Part shown: positions 9,479 through 18,794 of the stretch, one piece after another | Numbering within the stretch: the stretch's first letter is position 1 | How the letters are laid out: every line of letters begins with the position of its first letter | Assembly (NCBI GenBank): GCA_965209035.1 | Contig: OZ242372.1 | Coordinates: forward strand, 512,001 to 576,000 | DNA: 64,000 bases | Source of the DNA: Gammaproteobacteria bacterium | GTDB taxonomy: Bacteria > Pseudomonadota > Gammaproteobacteria > CBDBNL01 > JAAOII01 | Direction: 5' to 3' | Position numbers and translations under genes: made by a program | The notes under the pieces: generated by a model | Told to the model about the DNA's origin: nothing | Database searches by the model: none | What the model saw: only the letters and a program-made list of their open reading frames with translations

Positions 9479-11089
9479 ATGACAACAGAACTACAACAAC
9501 ATAAAAAACAGATTAAGGGACTTGATATGCGACAAGAGTTTGTCAATAACCCGCACAGGTTTGCCGATTTTTCGGCATCCGCGTGCGGTATCTTGCTGGA
9601 CTATTCCAAGAATCTGATCACACCGGAAACAATGCGTCTCTTAATGGCACGGGCAAAAAACCTCAAAGTGACACAGCAACTACGCCGCCAAGCCCGCGGT
9701 GAACATTTGAATTACACGGAAAAGCGTGCCGTCACCCACACTCTGTTGCGCGCCGAACCGGAAGATCCGGAAGCCGGGGCAAACGACACCGTGTCCGCGT
9801 TATGCCGGGAATCTAAAGAAACTCGGTTAAAAATATATGCCCTGCGAGAAGAACTAACCGGCAAGAGGCTGCGCGGTTTTTCCGACAAGATACTGACAAA
9901 CCTGGTGAACATCGGCATAGGCGGTTCGGATTTGGGACCCTATATGGTGTGTAACGCGCTGCCGGCGGCAGCGGGCGCACCGAAAGTGCATTTTCTTGCA
10001 TCACCGGACGGTCTCGGCGAAATCCTTGCCGAAACAGACCCGGCAACCACTTTGTTTGTTGTCTCTTCAAAATCTTTCGGCACCGGCGAGACTCTCGCAA
10101 ATGTTCGGGCTCTAAAAAGTATTTACGCAGGACTGGGGGCGGGAGAAAAATTCTCGCGCCATCTGTGTGCGGTGACCTCCGCGCAGGACAAGGCTATCGC
10201 GATGGGGGTGCCGCGCGAACGCATTTTTCGCATACCCGTTTCTGTCGGCGGGAGGTTCTCGCTGTGGTCGGCAATTGGCTTGCCGATCATCATGCATCTG
10301 GGGCGAGACGGATTTGAAGAACTTCTCAAAGGCGGCAGAGATATGGATCGACACGCGTTGGATACAAAAGAAGAAAACAATTTACCCCTGATCATGGCAC
10401 TCTTGTCTTATTGGTATGGCGTTCATCTCCGTGCCGATACGCACTGCGTGAATGTTTATGAGCATTCGCTGCGGTTGTTTCCGCAATTCTTACAGCAACT
10501 TGTCATGGAAAGTTGCGGTAAAACGGCGACTGCGAGCGGAGAAAGGGTCGCGGTAGGCGGGCACATTCTCTGGGGCGGCGAAGGTCCCAATGTGCAGCAT
10601 TCTTATATGCAATTATGTCATCAAGGGCATCTCCTGATTCCCACCGACATCCTGTTCGGCGGGAAACCGATGCATCCCGAAGAGCCGGATGCCGCCGAAC
10701 GCCACGCCCTCTTGGTAACCAACGCGCTGGCACAGGCGCAGGCATTGCTACTCGGACGGGACAAAGAAGAACTTGCCGAAGCAGCAAGAAAAGCCGGTAT
10801 TGAAGAGCAATTAATTTCTCACCTCGCCATACCGGGCAACCGACCAAGTAATTGCTTGATTTACGAACGCCTGAATGCTCGCTCGCTGGGCAGCCTCATC
10901 AGTTTGTACGAACACAAAACAACTTTCTTTGGGTATCTGACCGGCATCAATCCGTTTGACCAATGGGGTGTGGAATTGGGTAAGCAACTCGGCAGCAGTC
11001 TCGCTTCCGTATTTAACGGTGAAACTGCCGTGCCGGAAAATTGGGATTCTTCCACCGTCGGGCTTCTGAACTTTCTAAAGCGCCTTTAA
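9479..11089 (+). CDS. pgi: Glucose-6-phosphate isomerase
   Basis: IGIGGSDLGP, SSKSFGT, VGGRFSLWS, FDQWGVELGK; start moved downstream of the tmRNA. Confidence 0.95.
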   Translation: MTTELQQHKKQIKGLDMRQEFVNNPHRFADFSASACGILLDYSKNLITPETMRLLMARAKNLKVTQQLRRQARGEHLNYTEKRAVTHTLLRAEPEDPEAGANDTVSALCRESKETRLKIYALREELTGKRLRGFSDKILTNLVNIGIGGSDLGPYMVCNALPAAAGAPKVHFLASPDGLGEILAETDPATTLFVVSSKSFGTGETLANVRALKSIYAGLGAGEKFSRHLCAVTSAQDKAIAMGVPRERIFRIPVSVGGRFSLWSAIGLPIIMHLGRDGFEELLKGGRDMDRHALDTKEENNLPLIMALLSYWYGVHLRADTHCVNVYEHSLRLFPQFLQQLVMESCGKTATASGERVAVGGHILWGGEGPNVQHSYMQLCHQGHLLIPTDILFGGKPMHPEEPDAAERHALLVTNALAQAQALLLGRDKEELAEAARKAGIEEQLISHLAIPGNRPSNCLIYERLNARSLGSLISLYEHKTTFFGYLTGINPFDQWGVELGKQLGSSLASVFNGETAVPENWDSSTVGLLNFLKRL

Positions 11090-11215
11090 ACAAAGCACCT
11101 TTAAAGCAACCTTTTAAAGCACCTTAAAATACTTCGGTAAAAAATAAGCCCGGTGTTGGGGCTGTCTTGTCTCGTCTCAACCGGGGCGGACAGCATGCGG
11201 GGATCTCCCCGCTTT

Positions 11216-11545
11216 TTAGCGAATCAGTTTGTCTTCTTTTTCCGCCGCCGATACATTAGCCCACTTGTCCGCATCCGCGGGCGGATCCTTGACTTCGGTA
11301 ATCGGCTCCCAACCTTTGGAAAGTTCGGCATTCAAAGCGGTATAGTGTTGTTGATCTGCCGGGACTTCTTCTTCCGGGAAAATGGCTTCCACCGGACATT
11401 CGGACACGCACAGATGGCAATCCACGCACAACTCGGGGTCTATTGCCAGAAAGTTCTCCCCTTCCACAAAACAATCCACCGGGCAAACTGCCACACAATC
11501 CGTGTACTTGCAATTGATGCAAGCACCTGTTACCACATAAGTCAT
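11216..11545 (-). CDS. fdxA: 7Fe ferredoxin (FdxA type)
   Basis: [36 protein letters not shown]. Confidence 0.93.
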   Translation of the reverse strand: MTYVVTGACINCKYTDCVAVCPVDCFVEGENFLAIDPELCVDCHLCVSECPVEAIFPEEEVPADQQHYTALNAELSKGWEPITEVKDPPADADKWANVSAAEKEDKLIR

Positions 11546-11862
11546 TCGGTTCCTATTTTCGTTTTTATTTTCATTTTCTTTGCCCTCTTTGTTTTAGTTA
11601 TCTTACGAGCCTCTGCGATGCTCTTATTGTCCGCCAGTGTATTATTGTATATGAGTTCAGTTTTTCGCTTTAATTCCGGTAATATATCTATCCTTGCTTC
11701 AAGTTTATTTAATGTATGAGTAGTATCGGATGCCTTTTCTTCATGTTTACCTAACCATTTGGCAAACTTAAAAAGACAATAACAAAACAGAACAAGTATA
11801 AGGATTAATACAAAAACAGACGGGTTCAGTTGTTCTATTAGAGCAATAATAATCTCAGTCAT
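11542..11862 (-). CDS. Hypothetical single-pass membrane protein
   Basis: Purine-rich RBS, one hydrophobic segment, ATGA overlap with fdxA. Confidence 0.6.
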   Translation of the reverse strand: MTEIIIALIEQLNPSVFVLILILVLFCYCLFKFAKWLGKHEEKASDTTHTLNKLEARIDILPELKRKTELIYNNTLADNKSIAEARKITKTKRAKKMKIKTKIGTE

Positions 11863-12090
11863 ATCTATCCCCTCTCCGCCAATCCTACCGGCCTACCCGC
11901 ATTTACAGGGGCAGTCATATTCTTATTTATTTTCATTTTTTCCGCCATATGTTATGTATGTTATGTTGTTACGAACAATAAAATTGTATCACAAATGAGG
12001 CTCACTTTTTTATTCGGGGAATATTGTTCGCAATGCTCTTAAATGATTAGAGCGGGCAAAAAGCACCCCGGACCTGATAGACGGAGAATA

Positions 12091-13701
12091 TTACAAAGGG
12101 CAATCATAGTGCTCAATCCTTTCCAGTATGTCCGCAAGAGGGATCAATCGCGTGCGGCCGTTGCTGTCGTATGTGACATTTCCCGCAGCATCTCTTTCCA
12201 GCAGAACTCTAAGGTCCGCCACCCCCAACCCCTGCAGGCGGAAGTCCTCAACCGGGGATTCTGACCGCACTGTCGCCGACTTGAACAGAGCGGATAATTG
12301 CCTGCCGGTGAGTTCAACACCATAGACATCCTTAACCGCCATCCAGAGAACGACCAGAGATGCGAATACATTTGGTGTGGCAAAGGAAGTTCCTCTGATC
12401 GTCTCTTTGCGCTCGGTTCCCGGCACCGAATACAAATATCTGTGACTGCCATGCACTCTAAAACAGGCCGCACCCAAACTCCCCGCTTGCCTTTCACTAA
12501 AATCGTAATCGGCAAACCTCAAGCGCGGTTCTGTGTCAACAATCGCCTCAACCTTGTCCGGGATTTCCTCAAAATTAAACCCGCCGACAAATATCAGAGT
12601 ATCGTTTCCCGCCCGTTTTACCGCACTGCGGTAGTTTGCCACATCCGCCGCATAATTCGCTTCAATATCGTCGGTGAGGTATTTTGTTACATTAAGAATC
12701 GTTACATGACAAGAGGTCTGCAAAGAGCTGTTTATCAAAACAAAAGAAAAGGGATTGCGGCAAGAAGGATCATTTCCCGTGCCTCTAACAACCAACAGAT
12801 CATTCAAAGGTCCCCCTTCGGCAAGAGCGGAATGGTTGAAGCCGCTTTCCGTAAAAGACAAACTAACACCTATCAGCGATTGATTAACCCTCTTTTGAAT
12901 ATCGGTTAGGGTATCAAAGGTCAAATAAGATGCGGCCTGCTTTTGCTCTTTATCACGATAAGCATAGGATACCCCGAAGTTGGCAGCCGTAAATAGTTTA
13001 ATGCCACTGTCAAGGAATGTGGCAAAGACCTTGCGGGCATGGGCATCCGCTTCATCCAAACAGTTGCTGTTGTTATCACACGGCTCAAGAACAACGAAGC
13101 GCGCAAGATCGGAGTGATTAAACTCACCTCGGATAGATGAATGCGCCAGTTCTTCCACACCATACATCGCATAAACGGTATTTTGTAAATCTTGCAACGG
13201 CGAAAGAGGATAATAAACAGTTTGTGTTGAGTTTTCCAAAGAATGTGTACCAAATCGGTTGGTATATGAAGCGATCACTCTTAAGGTTCTATTAAAAACC
13301 TCCTCGCCCGCAATGTATTCACACACATTTTGGGCAACTGTTGCGTTGCCAACAAACCACATGCAAGAGAGGTCTTCGGTGCCGTTCGCATCTCTGATTG
13401 TGGCGGTAATCCTGTCGCCTATTTCCGGGTTTGTATCGGAAAGAGAAAGCCTCCCCGTTGTATTTGCGGGAGCATTGGGGCCAGGCATAGACGCATTATT
13501 GGGGTTGGGAACTTTCGGTGTTGTAACAGGTTCTTTGGATTCGCCACCACAGGATGCCAGCATGAGGATACAAAATACCGGAATGCTGATGGCGATTAAA
13601 CTTCTCACAACTCTCACAACTCTCACAACTCTCACAATCCAAGGACAGGATCGGGTCGGGGAACTCGCCTTGCCGGCATTAAACAAAACATACTCTCGCA
13701 A
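12091..13701 (-). CDS. Lipoprotein with Ig-like segment and subtilase (S8)-like domain
   Basis: Lipobox MLASC, Pro-rich linker, GTGND oxyanion-like motif, GTSFATP catalytic-Ser motif; true start uncertain. Confidence 0.7.
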   Translation of the reverse strand: MREYVLFNAGKASSPTRSCPWIVRVVRVVRVVRSLIAISIPVFCILMLASCGGESKEPVTTPKVPNPNNASMPGPNAPANTTGRLSLSDTNPEIGDRITATIRDANGTEDLSCMWFVGNATVAQNVCEYIAGEEVFNRTLRVIASYTNRFGTHSLENSTQTVYYPLSPLQDLQNTVYAMYGVEELAHSSIRGEFNHSDLARFVVLEPCDNNSNCLDEADAHARKVFATFLDSGIKLFTAANFGVSYAYRDKEQKQAASYLTFDTLTDIQKRVNQSLIGVSLSFTESGFNHSALAEGGPLNDLLVVRGTGNDPSCRNPFSFVLINSSLQTSCHVTILNVTKYLTDDIEANYAADVANYRSAVKRAGNDTLIFVGGFNFEEIPDKVEAIVDTEPRLRFADYDFSERQAGSLGAACFRVHGSHRYLYSVPGTERKETIRGTSFATPNVFASLVVLWMAVKDVYGVELTGRQLSALFKSATVRSESPVEDFRLQGLGVADLRVLLERDAAGNVTYDSNGRTRLIPLADILERIEHYDCPL

Positions 13702-13718
13702 ACATACTCTCGAAATAA

Positions 13719-13792
<74 letters not shown>

Positions 13793-13903
13793 GTCACATC
13801 CATTCAACATAATCATAAAATCGACAAGTACATGACTGCAAAAAGACAAAAACACACCAAAACATACAAAAACATCGGGTATTTCGTGTGTTTTCTTTTC
13901 ATT

Positions 13904-13969
13904 ATATGAGAGATTAACCGGAATGCCCGGTCTCACCAAATGCTTTGCCGGGATTGTAAGAAATACCCG
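13904..13969 (+). repeat. 66-bp direct repeat, copy 1 (copy 2 at 18409-18474)
   Basis: ATATGAGAGATTAACCGGAATGCCCG...AAATACCCG; 2 mismatches between copies. Confidence 0.92.
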
Positions 13970-14077
13970 TTTTGTTCAATAGCCGGCACTAAGGGCAAGG
14001 CACGGGATTGCAGGGTATAAAAACTGCCCGCAAACCCTTGTAAAATCAAGGTTTTTTAAAAAGTTTCCGAAGTCAGG
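13970..14077 (+). mobile_element. Orphan right end of a long-DR (IS1634-like) element
   Basis: GGCACTAAG...GGGTATAAAAAC...AAAATCAAGGTTTTTTAAAAAGTTTCCGAAGTCAGG, homologous to 50780-50901 and 54560-54681. Confidence 0.7.
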
Positions 14078-14186
14078 TTAGAAGTCAGGTTATATGACAA
14101 TACAGTACATATGCGATATATATGATGTATTAGAATGAGACGCCTTCGGATCGCAAGAGCGACTTCCCCGGCAAGACGACTATTAT

Positions 14187-14199
14187 CTTGACTTCGGCA
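14187..14199 (+). mobile_element. Left terminal inverted repeat of the long-DR element
   Basis: CTTGACTTCGGCA matches the inverted tip CCGAAGTCA(A/G)G and the end at 51020. Confidence 0.55.
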
Positions 14200-14244
14200 G
14201 ATTCTTTTGTTTGTTTGCCTTGCACTGCATTATTTTGGAAATTA

Positions 14245-15548
14245 TGCATGATCTCATAAAGGTTCTGGACTCTGAGTTTGGCATTGTGCGTCCTCAGATC
14301 AAGCAGCCGGAGGTTCTGTCGGACGGGTCGAAAATAGATCCGGCAACGGGTCTCCGGTATGTGGAGCTAGATGAATGAAACGGGCAAGAAAGATGGATAG
14401 CTGTTTTGCTCTCACCGCCGCAGACAGCGGAGGCTTGTTGTTGATAAAACTGTCTAGGTGTATCCGCTGGCAAGACGGTACGGTGTGCGAGAGCGGCTGC
14501 ACCGCGGAGGTGATTTGAAATGAGAGGAACACGTTTACGCTACATTGGTTATCGCGTGCGCGGTTTCAATAAAATGGTGGTTTTAGCAAACAAATATTCA
14601 AACATGTCTAAAACCACCAAAATCAAACTGGACACCTTAGCGTTCGCGCGCAAACATGGTGTCGCGGCGGCGCTGGATCATGCCGGGATCAGTCGTGCTA
14701 CATTCTACGAGTGGCAGCGGCGTTTCCGTGAAGGCGGGGTCGATGAACTGGCGAACAACTATGGGTATCAGCCCAAGCGGTCCAACACCTGGCCACCGGC
14801 ACTGATTACCAAGATCCGATCTTGGCGACAAGAGCGTCCGAACATCGGTGCCGGTAAACTGGTCTGCTTGTTACCCGAATGGTGTCAGCAGCGCGGGCTG
14901 CCGCTGCCCAGCCAATCAACGCTCTCTCGCATCATTGCCGATGACCCGGATAAGATGCGGTGCAAACCATCGCGGTCCGTGCCGAAACGCCCGCGGCAAG
15001 GTGCTCCGCGCGAGCGCAAGGACATCCGCTTTGTTGCGGGCCGGAGAGGTGAATGTGTTGCCTTTGATACGCTCGTCCGCATCGTCGATGGCCGGCGCTT
15101 TTATTGGCATGTCGGCATTGATCTATTTTCCCGCATCGCGCTAGTCCATGTCGATACCTCGGCTGCTTCGGCCAGTTCCGCCCGGCTCTTTACCGCCATG
15201 CAAAACATACTCGGCACTCGGATCGAAAAAGTCCTCACCGATAATGGCAGTGAGTTCGCCAAAGACTTTCACCGGGTCGTGACCGCAAACGGCAGCACCC
15301 ACTGGTATACTTATCCAAGGAAACCGCAAATGAATGCACACTGCGAACGGTTTAATCGCACTCTCTGGGAAGAGTTCGGTTGTCATATGCGGCATCTCTT
15401 GGTTAAGGATATGCCGGCATTCAACGCCAAACTCATCGAGTGGTTGGCTTGGTATAATCTTGAACGTCCCCATTATGCTCTCAAACAACTCTCGCCAATC
15501 CAGTTTTTGCAAAAACAACAAAAGTCCAGAAATGGGTGGGATCATACA
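14245..15548 (+). mobile_element. Intact IS481-family insertion sequence (~1.3 kb)
   Basis: Imperfect IRs TGCATGATCTCATAAAGGTTCTGGACT and (reverse complement) TGTATGATCCCACCCATTTCTGGACT; AATTA on both flanks (14240-14244, 15549-15553); encloses a transposase. Confidence 0.85.
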
Positions 15549-15554
15549 AATTAA
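14520..15554 (+). CDS. DDE (integrase core/rve) transposase, IS481 family
   Basis: N-terminal HTH (GISRATFYEW), AFDT, LTDNGSEF, PQMNAHCERFNRT, YNLERPH; GGAGG RBS; stop lies just outside the right IR. Confidence 0.9.
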   Translation: MRGTRLRYIGYRVRGFNKMVVLANKYSNMSKTTKIKLDTLAFARKHGVAAALDHAGISRATFYEWQRRFREGGVDELANNYGYQPKRSNTWPPALITKIRSWRQERPNIGAGKLVCLLPEWCQQRGLPLPSQSTLSRIIADDPDKMRCKPSRSVPKRPRQGAPRERKDIRFVAGRRGECVAFDTLVRIVDGRRFYWHVGIDLFSRIALVHVDTSAASASSARLFTAMQNILGTRIEKVLTDNGSEFAKDFHRVVTANGSTHWYTYPRKPQMNAHCERFNRTLWEEFGCHMRHLLVKDMPAFNAKLIEWLAWYNLERPHYALKQLSPIQFLQKQQKSRNGWDHTN

Positions 15555-15635
15555 GGATTATTTTGGAAATTAAGGTTATAATAATGGTTGAGCGATGTCT
15601 CAAAAATTAATATTAATCATAATAAAAAATAGAAA

Positions 15636-18197
15636 ATGATCGATCAGTTAAATTTTTTTCCTGTGCGTCCGGCAAAAGCAATGCGCCGCACACAAAGAGG
15701 CACAGTATCTGTGCTTCTCTTTAATACTCTTAATGTCTTTAATATCTTTAAGGCTTTTCCCGCACCCAATAGGACGCGACGGATGTGCATACCGACTCGC
15801 CTTTACAGTGTGCTGCTGGCGGGGTTGTTCGGTTTGGTCCTGGCAGGTTGTGCCGGCGGCGGTGGCGGTGGTGGCGGTTCCGGCGGTGGTGATCCCCGGG
15901 CTGTTTCCAACATTAGCTCCGTGGTCGGTGAGGAGAATATTCTCGTGAGTTGGACCAATCCGAATCAGACGAATATCACCGGGTTCAATATCACTTGGTT
16001 TGACGCCGCCGATATGAGCGTTGAGGGAATGAAGATCCTTAGTGCCGCCGATGTGCGGCTGCTGACGCCTGAGGCTGACCTGCTGAAGCCCGGGAGTCGG
16101 GTGATGTTCAACATTACGGGTCTAGATAACAGTATCACCTACCGGATCACGATTGCGGTACTTTATAGGGATGGCCCACCTTCGACTTCTGTTTCCGTTC
16201 AAATGGATGATCCGAATGGCGGTGATGATCCCAATTTCCCGGCTGTTTCCAATATCCAAGCCACTGTTAATGGGAACAATATTACCGTGAGTTGGACCAA
16301 TCCGAACCGGGAGAATATCGTCGGGTTCAATATTGCTTGGATCAATGTTGGCGATGATGCCGATGTGACCGATCGCGGGGAAATGGAACTTGATTCTGAC
16401 GAAGCGGGTGTTTCGGTTGCGTCCGGTGCCCAGTCGATGTACACCATTACGGATCTAAACTATGTTGCCACCTATAGCATCACAGTTTCAGTGCGTTATG
16501 CGGGTCAAGATCCCATCCCTTCGGTTCCGGTTGAATACACAACAAACGAAGCGAACCCGGATGATATTGATGGTGATGGTGTGGCGAATGCGGACGATAA
16601 TTGTCCGTCGGCTGCCAATGCGGACCAAGCCAACACGGATGGTGCGGAGGACGGCGGTGATGCCTGTGATGAAGATGATGACAATGATGGCCTGGAAGAC
16701 AGTATGGATGCTTGTCCGACCGGTGTGATTGGCTGGACTTCCAATCCGGCCGCGGACAATGACGGTGACGGTTGTCGTGATAGTGATGAGGATGTGGATG
16801 ACAATAATAACGGTTTGATAGAGCTCCACACTTTGGATGACTTGGCACGGCTGCACGATGATCTGAACGGCGATGGGACGGATGATGACCGTATCCCCGA
16901 GATCACCTCTGTGGGCTCTATGGGCTGCCCGGGTCCGGATGATGATACCGGCGGCTGTGTGGGTTATGAGTTAACTGGCTTGCTCAATTTTAGCGATGCG
17001 GCTTCCTATGCCGCGAGCAGTGGCAACCTGACTGCCTGGACGACCGGCAGCGGCTGGCAGCCGATCGGCTCTTGTTCCACTGTGAATGCTTGCACCTCTT
17101 ATACCGGAATCTTTGACGGTGGGGGTTATACTCTTGCAGATCTGTTCATTGCTGCGGAGGATACTGTCATTGGAGTGGGGTTGTTTGGTGCCTTAACCGG
17201 CGAGATTCAAAATCTGCATATCCGGAATGCGCGTGTCAGTGGCGGTGCCAGTGGTGTGGGCACACTGGCAGGCTATAGCCAGAATGCCCGTTATGAGAAC
17301 CTGTCGGTTACGGGTGGCAGTGTGATGAGTCCATCCGCCGACGGCGTGGGTGGCCTGGTTGGGGATAGTCCGAGTGCTCAAATTCGCTCTGTCAATGTAT
17401 CCGGCGGAGTTGTTTCCGGGAATATTGGGGTTGGCGGAATGATTGGGCGAGGGACTCTTGCGAATATTCATCATGCTTATGTATCCGACGGAAGTATTAC
17501 AGGAACCGGAGCTGGTGTTGGTGGAATGATTGGGAGCGGGGAAGAGATGATGATTCGCTCTGCCGTCGTATCCGGCGGAAGTGTTACAGGAAGCGGAATT
17601 AATGTTGGCGGAATAGTTGGGAGCGGGTTTGTGAATATTCGCTATGCTACTGTGCTCGGCGTAGTTGTTGTTTCCAAGGGATTTTTCAATGCTGGTGGAA
17701 TGATTGGGCAAGGGGTGCGTGCGAATATTCGTCATGTTTATGTGTCCGGCGGAAGCGTTACAGGAAGCGGAAATAGTGCTGGCGGACTAATTGGGAATGC
17801 ACAGCAGTCCACTCAAACTGCTTATTCTTATGCAGCCGGGGGGGTTGTTTCAGGTGCCAGGGGCAGTAATACAATTGGCGGTTTGATTGGCAGCATCATT
17901 GGCACAGCCATCATCACTGCCTCCTATTGGGATAGTGAAACTACCATGCAGTCAGACAGCGCCGATAATTTGGGCGAGGGTCAGACCACTGCCCTGCTGC
18001 AAAACCCGATTACTTTTACAGGCATCTATGCCGACTGGGGTAACTTTTGGTGCGACCCGAACACCGGCGATGAGATGGAAGATGCCACCGAGGCCGGGCC
18101 AGGCGATCCCTTCATTCGTGTCTGGGATCTGGGCACAAGCGGCCAATACCCCGCCTTGAACTGCATGCCGGGCGGCCTCTCGGCGCAAGGCAGATAA
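15636..18197 (+). CDS. Large surface lipoprotein: FN3-like domains, thrombospondin type 3-like Ca-binding repeats, GLUG-type repeats
   Basis: Lipobox LAGC + poly-Gly; two VSWTNP..YxITV FN3-like units; DIDGDG..DNCP repeats; GG(L/M)(V/I)G repeats; paralog of 51719-54121. Confidence 0.8.
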   Translation: MIDQLNFFPVRPAKAMRRTQRGTVSVLLFNTLNVFNIFKAFPAPNRTRRMCIPTRLYSVLLAGLFGLVLAGCAGGGGGGGGSGGGDPRAVSNISSVVGEENILVSWTNPNQTNITGFNITWFDAADMSVEGMKILSAADVRLLTPEADLLKPGSRVMFNITGLDNSITYRITIAVLYRDGPPSTSVSVQMDDPNGGDDPNFPAVSNIQATVNGNNITVSWTNPNRENIVGFNIAWINVGDDADVTDRGEMELDSDEAGVSVASGAQSMYTITDLNYVATYSITVSVRYAGQDPIPSVPVEYTTNEANPDDIDGDGVANADDNCPSAANADQANTDGAEDGGDACDEDDDNDGLEDSMDACPTGVIGWTSNPAADNDGDGCRDSDEDVDDNNNGLIELHTLDDLARLHDDLNGDGTDDDRIPEITSVGSMGCPGPDDDTGGCVGYELTGLLNFSDAASYAASSGNLTAWTTGSGWQPIGSCSTVNACTSYTGIFDGGGYTLADLFIAAEDTVIGVGLFGALTGEIQNLHIRNARVSGGASGVGTLAGYSQNARYENLSVTGGSVMSPSADGVGGLVGDSPSAQIRSVNVSGGVVSGNIGVGGMIGRGTLANIHHAYVSDGSITGTGAGVGGMIGSGEEMMIRSAVVSGGSVTGSGINVGGIVGSGFVNIRYATVLGVVVVSKGFFNAGGMIGQGVRANIRHVYVSGGSVTGSGNSAGGLIGNAQQSTQTAYSYAAGGVVSGARGSNTIGGLIGSIIGTAIITASYWDSETTMQSDSADNLGEGQTTALLQNPITFTGIYADWGNFWCDPNTGDEMEDATEAGPGDPFIRVWDLGTSGQYPALNCMPGGLSAQGR

Positions 18198-18408
18198 GCA
18201 GATAAGCAGGTAGGCGGATAAGCGAGTAAGCGAAGACAGAACGGGCCTCAAAGCAGAACAAATCAAAGCCAATGGCCGGCAGGATATAAAAACTGCCGGC
18301 AAGTTCTTGGCAATTCTTTATCAATCTCTGATAGATCCCGTATCCATCCGGGCTTACAACAAGCAGCCGAAGCATTCAAGATTAATTGAATCCAAATGAT
18401 GCCAAGTG

Positions 18409-18474
18409 ATATGAGAGATTAACCGGAATGCCCGATCTCACCAAATGCTTTGCCGGGATTGTAACAAATACCCG
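18409..18474 (+). repeat. 66-bp direct repeat, copy 2
   Basis: Matches 13904-13969 with 2 mismatches. Confidence 0.92.
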
Positions 18475-18500
18475 CTGCCCGGAAGGTTTATAATACAACT

Positions 18501-18794
18501 ATGATTAAGGTAGTAATCAAGCGCAAGGTGATGCCCGAATGTGTGGCGGAGTACGAAAAACGGGCTCTGCATTTACATCAACTCGTTCTGCATGTCCCCG
18601 GTTTCGTATCCAGCGAAGCATACTTTGATGTCAAGAATCGGAATGACCGTTATGTCATGGTAAGTTTCAATAGTGTGCACAGTTGGAACAGATGGCATAA
18701 ATCGGACGCAAGGCGCGAAGCCTCCACTGAGATGATGCAGATGCTGGAAGAACCCGAAAAAATTACTATTCTGGAGGCGGTCATACGCAAGTGA
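18501..18794 (+). CDS. Antibiotic biosynthesis monooxygenase (ABM) family protein
   Basis: 97 aa, PGFVSSE, W..W.KS..R pattern; GTGA overlap with priA. Confidence 0.8.
   Translation: MIKVVIKRKVMPECVAEYEKRALHLHQLVLHVPGFVSSEAYFDVKNRNDRYVMVSFNSVHSWNRWHKSDARREASTEMMQMLEEPEKITILEAVIRK

Noticed and set aside
11148-11187. Intrinsic terminator between pgi and fdxA
   Set aside because: Only an imperfect GC stem with a long loop and no clear U-tract on the pgi strand; not supportable with confidence
14244-14378. 44-codon ORF MHDLIKVLDSEFG... in the IS481 leader
   Set aside because: Its ATG straddles the IS boundary and is absent in the copy at 51073
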